The translations under genes and the position numbers were made by a program. The notes under the pieces were generated by a model. That model searched no databases. It had not been told where the DNA came from and saw only the letters and a list, made by a program, of their open reading frames with translations. A stretch of 64,000 nt of DNA from an uncultured Ignavibacteriaceae bacterium (GTDB lineage Bacteria; Bacteroidota; Ignavibacteria; Ignavibacteriales; Ignavibacteriaceae), in the NCBI GenBank assembly GCA_963714775.1, contig CAVQQN010000030.1, forward strand, positions 50,553 to 114,552. Direction: 5' to 3'. Shown piece by piece: positions 12,527 to 24,459 of the stretch (position 1 is the first letter of the stretch; every line of letters starts with the position of its first letter).

Positions 12527-15053
12527 TTAATGCAAATAGTCATTCAAAGTGTAAATTTTAAAATCAGATACTTTAAATGATTTTGATTTTCTTTCATCAA
12601 TTTTCAATTCAATTTGTTCATCCCGGTAATAAGAAAAATCCTCTGTCAGAAAAAGTTAAGTTCGGATAATATATATCAATGAAAAAGACCGGGTTCTTGG
12701 ACTTTATTAACAAGTAAGTGAATTCTTTTTTATTGATTACTTTAATCTTCAACTGAGGTTTTTCTAATGTTATATGCTTCCAGGGTTTGAGTGTATAGTA
12801 GTTTTTGCAGACCGTATTATCATGATTCATCAAGCAAGAACTGCTAGTTAGAATCCAATTATTATTTGCTGGTAATTCTTTTAATCAAGATCGAACTTAT
12901 TTCTGCAATAGTGCGATTACTCTTTATATTTACTTTTTGATTTTGTTCGCTTACTATCTTCCCAGAATTAGAATCAATAATTGTAATCTTTAATTTTCCA
13001 TTAATACTCAAATGATTCTGATTAAGTAAATTTATTTTGATCTGTATTCCATCATTCTTAAAATAAATTAATTGTGGTGCAAAAGAATTCTTTACAAAAT
13101 GATAAGATATTTTGGGTTTGATATCTGAATCCACAATTGCCCAGCTAGAAACAGGCCAGCAATCATTTATCTGCCAGATGATGCTGCCATTTGTTCTTCC
13201 GTTTGTTCTCCAATATTCAAGACAAGTTTTTAATGCAAACCCTTGATTTAATTGGGCTAAGTATAAATAATCATTCCACTCAGATTTGATTGGTAGATGA
13301 CCACTTAAAAATTTAATTATTCTTTCAGGTCCTTCTACTTGTTTGTTGTGATGTTCAAATATTTGATTACTAATATTTCTGTTTTTGATTGGTAAATATT
13401 TTTCAAAAGTATCTTTATTTGCTGGACCTTGAAAACCAAACTCAGTTACAAAAAGACTTTTATCATTTACTACTTCTGTATAATCAATCCATCTGCTCCA
13501 AATATTCCACTGATGTGTGTTGCCACTTTCAAATGAATTCGGATCGTCATCATTTCCAAAAGGAGAAGAAGGCCAATAGGACGCGATAGGATCAATCTCT
13601 TTTAAAATATCCGGTATTACTTTATGATAAATATTATATCCCGGCATTTTTTTATAAGATGTTTTTTGTTCCTGATGCCAGATCCATTCGTTTTCATTAT
13701 TGCCGCACCAAATTGCAAGACAAGCATGATGTTGAAGACGCAAAACATTTTGTGTTACTTCTTCACTTACATTTGCTATAAAATCATCATTCTCAGGATA
13801 GGAGCCGCAAGCAAACATAAAATCCTGCCAAACTAGTAATCCTAATTCATCACAGAAGTCATAGAATTCATCATCTTCATAAACTCCACCGCCCCAAACT
13901 CTTACAATATTCATATTGGCTTGCTTTGCTAATGATAAGTAGTTCTGAATACTTTTTTCTTATTTACTCTTGGAAGGAATGAATCAGCAGGAATCCAGTT
14001 TACTCCTTTGCTATAAATATCTTTGTTGTTTACTCGAAATTTAAAAGTTGCATTCTTCTTTTTCTTTTAAAATTAATTCAATATTTCTAATACCAACATT
14101 TTTTTGAATTTCATCAAGAACACATCATTTTCATTAACTAGTTTAACATTTAATAAGTACAATTCTGTTCACCTTCTCTGTTAGGCCACCACAATTTGGT
14201 TCTTTAATCTTAAATTCGAATTTTAGTATTCTTTGAAGATGAAGTGAGAGGAATTTTTTGTTCATAAAACACTATTTCCATATAGCCAAAGATACGATCG
14301 AGTGTAAATCTTTCTTTATTGAATAGTTTACGTTAATACTTACTTCAACTTCTGCAGTTTTTTTATTAAGCTGATTGGTATTAAAAGTTACATTTTCAAT
14401 TTTTGCATCTGACCATTCCTCTAAATAAACATTACGCCAAATCCCTGATGTTGGAAATGATGGTCCCCAATCCCAGCCAAATGAATATTGTGCTTTTCTG
14501 TATATAAACTCGGTAGAGTTTAGGGCAACAGGAAGTTTGCCATATTTTTTTTCTTCATCAGCAGCATATCTTGTAGGAGATTTAATAATAACCTTTAATT
14601 CATTCTCCTATAGCTTTCAAAATATTTTTAACGTTATATCTGTATTTAACAAACATATTATCTGTACCACCCAGTTTTATATCATTCAAATATATTTCAC
14701 TAATCGTATCCAAGCCTTCAAAAACAAGGTCAACATTATTTTCTGAATCACCTTTAAAATCAAATTTAGTTTGATACACCCAATCACATTCAGGTATCCA
14801 ATCCCATCTTTAGTTCATTATCTGAATAAAATGGATCATCAATAAGTTTATTATTTAGCAGGTCGGTGTGAATTGTTCCGGGAACAGTAGCGGAAAACTT
14901 TTTTACTGAATTGATCTTTTTATTAATTCGATAGCATCTATTGAATAAGAGGACTCCGCTAATGAGAATGTCCAGTTCCTATTTAACTTATGCTTCACAA
15001 CCACTTTCTTCACCTTTGTTTGATTTACTATTAATGCTATGTGTAGTAGACAT
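12527..15053 (-). pseudogene. GH2 beta-mannosidase, frameshifted
   Basis: The 350-aa core 12862-13914 reads NIVRVWGGGVYEDDEFYDFCDELGLLVWQDFMFACGSYP...AIWCGNNENEW. The N-terminus (..ATVPGTIHTDLLNNKLIDDPFYSDNE) lies near 14850-15053. The tail ..FKIYTLNDYLH ends at 12527. Confidence 0.75.
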
Positions 15054-15099
15054 TAAAACTTTTCCGAATAAAAAAAAATCACTTCAATTTTAGAGAACA

Positions 15100-16380
15100 T
15101 CAATTTGTATTTTCGAACTCATCTAATGAAATCGGGTTTAGCGATATTCTGAGTAAAGATAATAATCCTTCGATGGTAGATTCTGCGCCGGAATTTTTAT
15201 TGACTAAATTTTCATTTTCAATTCCGTCGAAAAATATTCCTGTATGGGAATTATACATAACAGTACTTGCGGGATTTTGACCAATAAACCATTGTGCTAC
15301 CTTGCCTGCTTTTATCGCATAAGTTGAGTCCAATGTAATATTATATGCTTCAAGCAAAGCAAAAATCATTGGTCGGATTATGTACGCAATCTGTGAATAT
15401 TCGTTCGATTCAACTACTTCATACTTGCATTTATTTTTTTGACACTTTAAAGTAACTCAGAAAATCATTTTCAATTAATCGTTCGTAAAAATTATTCAAT
15501 TCATAAAGTGCACTTGTTCTTAGACTTTCTTCATTCAAAACCTGGTAAGCCTTAAGCAAAGCATAAGATTGGGAATTGCCCCAGCCGTGCCAGGTATTTT
15601 GCCAACTAAGGAACGCACCATTATATTCACAATCAGAATCCTTTAATTGCATCATCATCATTCCTTGCACCAAAGAATTAAGGTAATCAAGAATTTCTTT
15701 ATCGCCAGTGATTTTATAATAGTCGGATGAATATTAATACCAAAAGAGCTGACTGATCAGAAGCAGATTGTGCAGGAAGCCAGGCCGGCAATTTGATTCC
15801 ATCTATTACAACCTCTTCTTTTCTTTGGGAATAATTAGCTTAATTGATTCAATGGCTTTTTTAATGCAATATTTAACTCTAAAGGCTCTATCATCCATTG
15901 ATTTATTAAAATCATCATAACCTTCCATTAAAGCCCAAAGTGCTCTCCAAGACCACCAATTTGGTTCAGCAACACTTGTTTTAAAATGTTTTATTTATTG
16001 AATTGTCTTTCCAAACAAAATTGTAGAAGAAACCATTATCTGCCTGCATATACAATAAAAATTCTACAAGGTTATAATATTTTAGAAGACTTGAGCTATC
16101 ATTGTAATGCTTTAAAATATTCCAGATAAAAAATTGCTGCACGAGCTGCATCGTCAACACAAGCATAACCTTCATCATCATCACCAACATATTTATAATC
16201 AGGAGCGTTGCTATAAATATGAATTACTGCCATTTCTTTTCCGTCAACTACAATTTCTTTATAGAGATAATCGAGATGAGATTTATTTACAATAAAATCC
16301 GATTGGCAATAAGAAATCTTACCATAAAGTACAAATGAAATAACAATTAGAAATAATATTTTCTTTATGGATTTCATCAT
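15100..16380 (-). pseudogene. Secreted hypothetical protein (possible six-hairpin glycosidase-like fold), frameshifted
   Basis: The signal peptide is MMKSIKKILFLIVISFVLYGKISYCQ (16099-16380). Colinear pieces 15981-16190, 15431-15673 and 15100-15369 contain WHGWGNSQSYALLKAY. The family is not recognised. Confidence 0.35.
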
Positions 16381-16383
16381 TTT

Positions 16384-17286
16384 CTATTTACAAAGTGAAA
16401 GCAAATAATCAACATTGGTTTCAGCCAGACAGATATTTAAATCAGCACCGGAGTAATAAATTTTTATATCACCATTTTCTTCAACTATCCAACCATTTGA
16501 AAAGATAACATTATTTACATCACCAATGCGTTCATAATCAAGATCGGGAGTAAGAATTGGTTCTTTGCTTTTTCCTTTTATGATCCATGGTTTTTCAAGA
16601 TCAAGCAGTACAACACTAAGTTTGTAAATAGAACCTGTCCCGAATGATCTTACTCCGTGATAAAGCATCAACCATCCATCTTTTGTTTTTATTGGATTAC
16701 TTGATGAACCGATTTTATCTTGTTCCCATGTGCCTTGTTCCGGTTCCTGAAGAATTTTATATCCGCCCCAATGTATTAGATCAGGACTACGACTTATCCA
16801 AATGTCTCGTCTTGTTTCCGCCGTTGGTCGATCAACTTTCCAATAGTAACCATCAATTTTTTCGGGGAATAATGCGCAATCTTTATTGGATGGTTCAGAA
16901 ATTGGACCGTGGATTTTAAAATTTATAAAATCTGAAGTCTCAGATAAAATTACCAAAGGTTGATATCTTGAATATCCAGTGTATGCTAAATAATATTTTT
17001 CTTCAATCTTTGTTATACGTGCATCTTCAACTCCCCATTTAACATATTCATAATGTTCTTTATGATCTTCAGGTGTAAGAGTTGGTTTTGATGCAACTTT
17101 AAAATTATATCCATCACTACTCTCAGCAATTACAAGTGATGATCTTCCAATTGGCATTTCAACTCTGCAAAGTAAAATGTATTTATCTTTATACTTAACT
17201 GCGCCAGGATTAAAAATACTATTTACTTTAAATGGAACATTTTCTTTAGTAAGAATTGGGTTTTTACTATATCGACTTATTTTCAA
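16384..17286 (-). CDS. GH130 family beta-mannoside phosphorylase/hydrolase
   Basis: This is an intact 300-aa ORF. It contains NPILTKENVPF..SIFNPGAVKYKDKYILLCRVE, WGVEDARITKIEEKYYLAYTGYS and the YYSGADLNICLA tail. There is no signal peptide. Confidence 0.8.
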   Translation of the reverse strand: MKISRYSKNPILTKENVPFKVNSIFNPGAVKYKDKYILLCRVEMPIGRSSLVIAESSDGYNFKVASKPTLTPEDHKEHYEYVKWGVEDARITKIEEKYYLAYTGYSRYQPLVILSETSDFINFKIHGPISEPSNKDCALFPEKIDGYYWKVDRPTAETRRDIWISRSPDLIHWGGYKILQEPEQGTWEQDKIGSSSNPIKTKDGWLMLYHGVRSFGTGSIYKLSVVLLDLEKPWIIKGKSKEPILTPDLDYERIGDVNNVIFSNGWIVEENGDIKIYYSGADLNICLAETNVDYLLSLCK

Positions 17287-17311
17287 CTACTCCACCTTTA
17301 ATTTATATTTT

Positions 17312-18765
17312 CTAACGATTCAATAATTTATTTAACAATTCGGTAACACTAACTTTTGCAATACTGCTTGCATGATCAGACATTGCATAAGGAATTATAA
17401 GTTCATCTCCATGATATCGCACCGCCGCAGCTATAAACAACATTGGGCACATAACCTTCTCTTTCATTTTCATTTGGACTTAACAACGGTTCTTCTAATC
17501 GACCGAGAACTATTGATGGATCATTCTTATCCAATAAAAATGCGCCAATTGAATATTCGCGCATAGATCCTACACCATGACTTAAAACCAGCCATCCAGC
17601 TTCAGTTTCAATGGGCGAACCGCAATTACCAAGTTGTACAAATTCCCAGGGATATGTTGGTTTAAGAATTAATTGTTTAGTGTACCAGAAATGAAGATGG
17701 TCGGAGTACATTAAGAAAATATTTTCATTATCCTGTCTTGAGATCATTGCATAACGCCCATTAATTTTTCTTGGGAAAAGTGCCATCCCTTTATTCTTAA
17801 CTTCGGGTCCGTTTAATGTGCTAATTTTAAAATGTAGAAAGTCTTTAGTTTCCAGAAGTTGCGGAAAAATAACTCTACCATCATAAGCTGTATACGTAGC
17901 ATAATAAGTTCGTTGCCCATCATCATCAATAAACTCAACAAAGCGGGCATCTTCAATTCCATTTATTTCTGATGGTGAATGTGGGAAAATTACTCTCTCA
18001 GAAAGTCGTTGATCAGGAGAATATTGTATTTGATAATTTGAAAGTGCAAGAGATAATATTCCCTTTGCTGTTAAATCATTTTCATTTAGTTTATTTTTAA
18101 ATGGTCGGACTAAAATTTTTATACTTTCTTCAAGCTCAGTAATTGTAAAATTATCATCTAGACTGTTCAGTATTGTTTTAGCAAAATCATTCAGAAGATC
18201 CAGTTCAATTAGTTTTTTTTCAAAAAGCACTTTTTCAAAAACAGGATTGGTAATATTTTCTGAAGTAGTTACATATCTCGTTGGGGTAGTAATAGTAATT
18301 TTGTTTTCCTTATCAATTATTCCTAATCTAAAAGTAATAGATGAAATATGACCTTCTCCTGTAGCCCTTAGACTCAATATAAATCTTCGAGCTTCCTTCT
18401 GGTAAATCCGTTTGATCAGGATGCCAAACCATTGAAGGATTAAAAAGGGCAGCCGATTCAAGAGAATATTCTTGCGTGAAATAAGCACCAATTAATAATT
18501 TTCGTTCATCACTTAAAAGCTGGTCTGTTAATAAATACTTTTTCATCTGCTCATATCTGTTAAGATAAAAATCTCGCAGTCTTTGATGCCGTTCTTCAAA
18601 TTCCTTCATAACCTGTTTTAATTCTTTATTAACTTCCTTTTCGGAAAGAGTTAGAATTCTTCCAATAATTTTTATTATTCTTTCTTCGGAAGTGATTGTA
18701 AAAGGTCTGTAAAGAACTCTTTTATAATCAGGTTTAATTACTATCTTAGTTCTGGTTGCTTTCAT
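17312..18765 (-). pseudogene. GH130-related glycosidase with N-terminal extension, 2 frame breaks
   Basis: ORFs 18328-18765 and 17403-18491 overlap in different frames. The core reads IEDARFVEFIDDDGQRTYYATYTAYDG...GMALFPRKINGRYAMISRQD. The tail ..GDELIIPYAMSDHASSIAKVSVTELLNKLLNR reads in a third frame to the stop at 17312. Confidence 0.7.
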
Positions 18766-18816
18766 TTTATTATATCATTTGTTTATTAATCTTAAAATAT
18801 CTAACCGGTTTATTCC

Positions 18817-19630
18817 TTAATTCCAGTTGATGCCATACTTTGTATAAAATATTTCTGGAAGAATAAATATGCCAATCACTATTGGCAATGCAAGCATTAC
18901 TGCTGATGCAAGTTTTACACCTAATTGAGATTCAGCTCTTCCACCAACAGCAAACAAAGTAACAAGCTGCGGCATTGTCATTAAACTTTCATCACGAATT
19001 ACTATTAATGGCCACAGTACTTCATTCCATGAAGCCATAAAAGTTATTATTCCAATTGTTACAATCGCCGGCATTGAGTTTGGCCAGAGTATTCTAAATA
19101 TTATTTGCAGCTCATTACAACCATCAAGTCTTGCTGCATCAATTAGACTATCAGGAATTGATTTAAAATATTGTCTAAACATAATTATGCTTAGATGCAT
19201 TTATCAGATATGGAACTATTAACGCCCAATACGTATCAATCCAACCAAACTTTACCATAATAATATATTGTGGTATAAGTGTAATCTGGAATGGCAATGT
19301 CATTGTAAAAATTATTATGTAAAAAATTAAATTTCTTCCCTTGAAATCAAGTTTGGATAATGCATAACCAATCATCGAACCAAAAACTAAAACACCAATC
19401 GTGATTGAAGAAGCAACAATAAGACTATTAATAAATGCTCCACCTATTGGAATTTTATCAACCATCTGAGAATAACTATTTAAGGTTAGATGATGTGGGT
19501 ACAAGCGTCAAATTACCAATTTCATTTTCCGGTGCAATTGATGCCATCACCATCCAGTAGAATGGATATATAAATATTAATGCGCTTATAGCTAAGAGCA
19601 ATATAAAACAATATTGATTTAAATCTTTTC
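18817..19630 (-). pseudogene. Carbohydrate ABC transporter permease (MalG-like), frameshifted
   Basis: The pieces are 19175-19504 and 18817-19200. EAA-loop-like DAARLDGCNELQIIFRILWPNSMPAIV is present. An N-terminal TM segment is readable near 19520-19620. Confidence 0.7.
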
Positions 19631-20492
19631 AATGGTCTTTCTCAATAAATTTTTTCTGAATCATTATAACAGCTAAAATTATGAATGCAAAAAATAAACC
19701 TAATGTTGCAGCATATCCCATATGATAGTAGAAAAATCCTTGTTTATAAATATAAAGCACGGCCGATACTGTACTATTTAACGGTCCGCCACCTGTCATA
19801 ATATATGGTTCAATAAATAATGAGAATCCACCAATTGTTGATAGAATCACAACCATAAAAATTGTCGGATTAATCATTGGCAAAGTAATTTTGAAGAATT
19901 TTTGCAAATGAGTTGCACCTTCAAGATCAGCCGCTTCATAATATTGTGTTGGAACTGTTTGAAGCCCAACTAAAAATAGAACGATGTATAGTCCAACATT
20001 TTTCCATGTAGCCATAACTGCAATTGAAGCCATTGCAATATTTGGATCAGTTAACCAGCCTATTTTGCCAAGTCCAATCCCAATTAGTAATCTATTTAAA
20101 AGACCTGTATCATATCCATATAACTGCTGCCATAAAATTGTAACCACAACTCCGGAAACAATTACAGGAAGAAAAAATGCTCCTCTGAAAACTCCTCTTA
20201 ATTTAATTTTTTGATTTAATATTTCAGCAAGAAACAATGCAAAGATTATTTGAAGTGGAATATGAATAACTAAAAATATTAATTGTGTTCCCCATTGATT
20301 TTAAAAAAGTTTTATCGTTGAATAATCTTACATAATTATTCAACCCAGTAAATTCCATCGGAGAAATAATATTCCATTTGTGAAATGTAAGTACAATAGA
20401 AAATACCAACAGGAAATGCAACGAACAGAATAAAGTGAATCACATAAGGAGAAACTAGCAAGATAGGGTAATATTTTTTTTCTATTAATCAT
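19629..20492 (-). pseudogene. Carbohydrate ABC transporter permease (MalF-like), frameshifted near the N-terminus
   Basis: The 202-aa piece 19629-20237 contains AADLEGATHLQKFFKITLPMINP. The N-terminus MINRKKILPYL..VSPYVIHFILFVAFP is spread over two frames (20224-20492). Confidence 0.7.
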
Positions 20493-20499
20493 TTTATAA

Positions 20500-21800
20500 T
20501 AATCTATTTCAAGAAACAATAAATTAACTGCATCTGCTGCATCATTAATAGCTTGTTCTGGAGTTTTCATTCCGTAAACAACACAAGCCTCGTATTGCTG
20601 AGAAATTAAATCAAATATTTCTTTTAGCACCGGTGATGCATCAGTTCCTTTAACATATTCAGATTGATCAGCAAAGATTTTCATCTTTGGATTTTTTAAG
20701 AAATAATCATTAAAGAAAGGATTACTTATTAAGATTTTTTCTTCTTGGTAATTGATTTGTTAATGATAAAAGTTTCAGATCACCTTCTTCATCAATCATT
20801 GTCTTAATATAATTCCATGCAGCTTGCGGATTTTTACACGTTTTAAAGATTACAATATTTTTTGGATCACCATAAGTATAAACTGGTCCTGTATGATCAT
20901 CAGGTACAGGCATAAAAGAATATTCGTACTCAAAACCTTTTGGTTTGAATTTTTCAGCATGTGCAATTTCCCAGGGTCCGGTAAATCTTGTTGCTGTAAC
21001 ACCGACTTAAAAAAACATCCTGCCGTGCAGAAAGTTTTTCTTTAGAAAAATAATTTTTTTTATACATTTCTTGAAGAAAAGCAAAAACCTCAATCGCATA
21101 TTTATTATTAAAAGCTGCTTTATTATTTTTAACTAACGGTGCTCCACCAGAAGCAGCAAGATATAAAGGATAAAAATCAAAAAATCTTTGCCACCATGTT
21201 ACTTCAACTTCACTATAACCAAACCATCTGTCAACATATCCATCACCATCAAAATCTTTTTGAAATTTTTGTGATGCAGTGAAAACTTCACTGTAGGTTT
21301 TTGGAGGACCATGATAATTCCAATTCATTTATAAGATTAACATTATAAATCAGCATAATAGGATTGATCTTCCAGGGAATCTGGTAGATATGACCATCAA
21401 GTGATTTTATTTCTTCTACAACTGAACTATCACATCTCTCATAAATAAAATCATTAAATCCTTTAAGTGTATCAAGTGCGACTAAAACATCCTGCTTGAG
21501 CATAAGCTTCAACATCTCCCTGCCACATATTGGAATATATATCAGGAGTAGTTTTTCCCACAACTGCTGCAAGAATAATTTCTTCACTTGATCGTCCTTC
21601 AGGAACAGCCTGATATTTAACCTGATCATTTGGATTGTTCTTGTTCCATTCATCAGTAATATTTTTTGCAAATTTTATTTCATCAGAATTATTTGAACAC
21701 CAGTACAATATTTCATCACGAGAATTACTATTACTGCTGCTACAACTTATCAAAACAAAGTAAAGAATAGTACAATTACAATATGGAATAAAGTTTTCAT
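20500..21800 (-). pseudogene. ABC transporter extracellular solute-binding lipoprotein (family 1), frameshifted
   Basis: The ATG at 21800 gives MKTLFHIVIVLFFTLF, then LISCSSSNSN (lipobox Cys) in another frame. Colinear pieces are 21472-21825, 21288-21671, 20954-21328, 20722-20913 and 20340-20684. The exact stop is unclear. Confidence 0.65.
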
Positions 21801-21828
21801 CAGATTTTATTCCCAGCTTGCCCAATCA

Positions 21829-23334
21829 TTATCTATTGAAGGAAATGCTGGTCTTGGAATCAGATTTCCCCTCTTTAACAATATACATATCAATAGCATT
21901 TTTATCATTTTCAGATGATACTTTAATATTATCAAGTACATCTTTATTTATTGTAACTTTATATTTTTTTTTCAATTCAAGAATTTTATGAAGAATCGTT
22001 TTTGATAGTTTTTCACTTAAAAGTTCTGATTGAGATTTACTTTTTGCATCAACTAATTTTATTTCTTCAGAATTTAATGTAATTGAGTTTGCTAATTCGA
22101 TTTCTATAAGCACTATACGATATTTTATCTTTCCACCACTTAGATTGTTTAATAACCCAATTGCTTTTGTCATATCCTTTTTGAATCGCATGCTTAGTTA
22201 ATCAATTTATCTCTAACCATAAGCCAAACTAAATCTTCCAAGGATTTTGAGAACCCAGATCAAATCATCTTTTATAAACTTAATGTATTGCTCACGATTC
22301 CTGATACCAAATAATAAATTCATCTAATGAAGAAATATTCTTTGTTTTACATTCAACTAAAGTTAATCCTGGATATTTATCACTACGTTTTAATCCTAGA
22401 TTGGATAGTGCAACATCCAGTTTGTTATCTAACTCCCATTCAGAATATTTTTCAAGAGTAAGGACAATTTTTCCCAGATACGATCTGAAGAATATTAAAT
22501 GCATCACGTTTTATAATGGGATTTTCATTTGCAAAAAGACGGTTTACATACTGATCCGATAAAATATCCATCTTACTTTTTGTAATAGCTTAATCTGATT
22601 CATACTTAAGTTTTTCTATTCCGTTTCGATTTGAAATCAAATTTTCCAAATATTATCAATTTTAATTATGTACCATCCATCATCGGTATGAATTGGAGAC
22701 GATATACTTCCTGTTTTAAAGTATCAAGAATTTGTGCGAAGACAGGATTTTTTATATAGATATTGTACAAACTACTTTTCAGTCTGTCTGTCATCAACAA
22801 AAACAGAATCATTTAATTGCGTATAAAATAGTGAATCAAATGAAATAGAATTTTGTAACTGTTTGAGATATTTTTCAATGGACCGTTGGTTTTCTGAATA
22901 TACCCATCTGATCTTATATTCAATATGTTTCTTTTCTATAATTTTTTCTATTTCAGTTTCATTTATTTCTACTTTTGGTAATATTTCTTTTTGAATAATT
23001 CTTCGGCCGCTAAATCTGATTCAATATCATTAAAAACTCCCTTTGGATAATCCTTGCTCAATAATTTTCTTATCATACCTATCCAGTGCAAGAAGCTTTT
23101 CATTTATCATATATTTTAGGTGAGTTAGTCTTTAGAATTGTTTTTTCTTTTGGGAAATGCAGGTCCAAATTCATAACTGTAAAAAATTCTTCTGCCGTAA
23201 TTTTTAGAGTGTCCAATTTCTGCAACAATTTCATCTTTTTTAACTTATTTTGGTTATCTTTCAAAGAACAGATCCTGTGAGATAGTCTGATTGGTTAGAC
23301 TTAATAAAAATAATATAAGTAGAATTGTTTTCAA
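21829..23334 (-). pseudogene. SurA/PpiD-like parvulin-type peptidyl-prolyl isomerase (periplasmic chaperone), frameshifted
   Basis: My own minus-strand translation gives the signal peptide (TTG)KTILLILFLLSLTNQTISQ at 23334. A parvulin signature ..SSPIHTDDGWYIIKIDNIW.. lies near 22660-22720. The C-terminal pieces are 22292-22507 and 21829-22191. Confidence 0.55.
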
Positions 23335-23380
23335 TTATATTTCAAGAGAATTTTGAGAAAATATTTTTAAGACAGAACAA

Positions 23381-24436
23381 TTAAAATTTTATTCCTAATG
23401 AAAAATTGTGAACATTTTTTAAGCTCCCGAAATCCCTATAAGCATAATCAAAATTAACTTCTGCTGTACTCAAAAGCATATTGGAATTTACTCCTGCGCC
23501 AAAAGATAACCCGCCTTCAGCATCTTGCAGAAATAATGAATTATATCCGCCTCTCATACAATATATAATCTAATAATGAAAATTCAGCACCAACATTTAA
23601 ACTCTGGTAATCATTATTCGGTACTAAAGCATCAGCAGAAACTGTTAGTTTATAATCATCGTAATTAAATGCCTGGGTTGAAACCCCTATCTGAAAGTGA
23701 AGAGGCAGATCCCACGAATCCAATTCAATGTTAACAGGATATTTTCATTAGAGCCCTGCTTGGTTTCATCTACACGAATAAAATATCTTGCATCTCTGCC
23801 TTCAAGACGCATGTCTGTTCCGAAGTTTGATATCACCGCACCTATAGTCATTCCACCCAGAAATCTGTTTTGAATAGTGTTCCGGCATCAATTGCAAAAG
23901 CAGATGCGGTCATATGCCAGATAGATTGTTTTATATACTTTGCAGTTATTCCAACAGAAAATCTATCTGTTAGGTGTTTCGCATATGAAATACCAATCGC
24001 AATATCTCGGCACTAAAATTTTCGCCTGTTCCATCCGGTTGTTCAACCGTTCTTACTTTCATATCATCCATTGAAAGAGAAGTAAAACTAAAACCAAAAT
24101 TTCCAAAATCTCCTAACGGAATAATTAATCCTGCATAATCAAATTTTGTATCAGCTATCCAATCCAGTATGCACAAGTATTACTTCATACTTGATTAAGT
24201 TTGCAATTCCTCCTACATTCCAGTATAATGCTGAAGCATCATTTACCAAGACCAACAAATGCACCACCCATTGCATTAGCAGGAGCACCAACTCCAATTT
24301 CTAAAAAAGATGCAGCAGTTGTGCCAGTCTTTGAAACGTTTTGAGAATAGAAACTATGATTCCCAAAAAGAAAAACCAGAATAAATAAAAATATTTTTGA
24401 GCGAGTTATAATATTCAACATAACATCCTCTTGCAA
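23381..24436 (-). pseudogene. PorV/PorQ-family outer-membrane beta-barrel (T9SS shuttle-like paralogue), frameshifted
   Basis: The N-terminus reads MLNIITRSKIFLFILVFLFG..SQNVSKTGTTAASFLEIGVGAPANAMGGAFVGLGKDASALYWN. The C-terminus ..DYAYRDFGSLKNVHNFSLGIKF ends in an aromatic residue and is readable to the stop at 23381. The middle pieces are 23970-24176 and 23541-23723. Confidence 0.6.
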
Positions 24437-24459
24437 AAAATTTAAGCTTTTGAATTTTA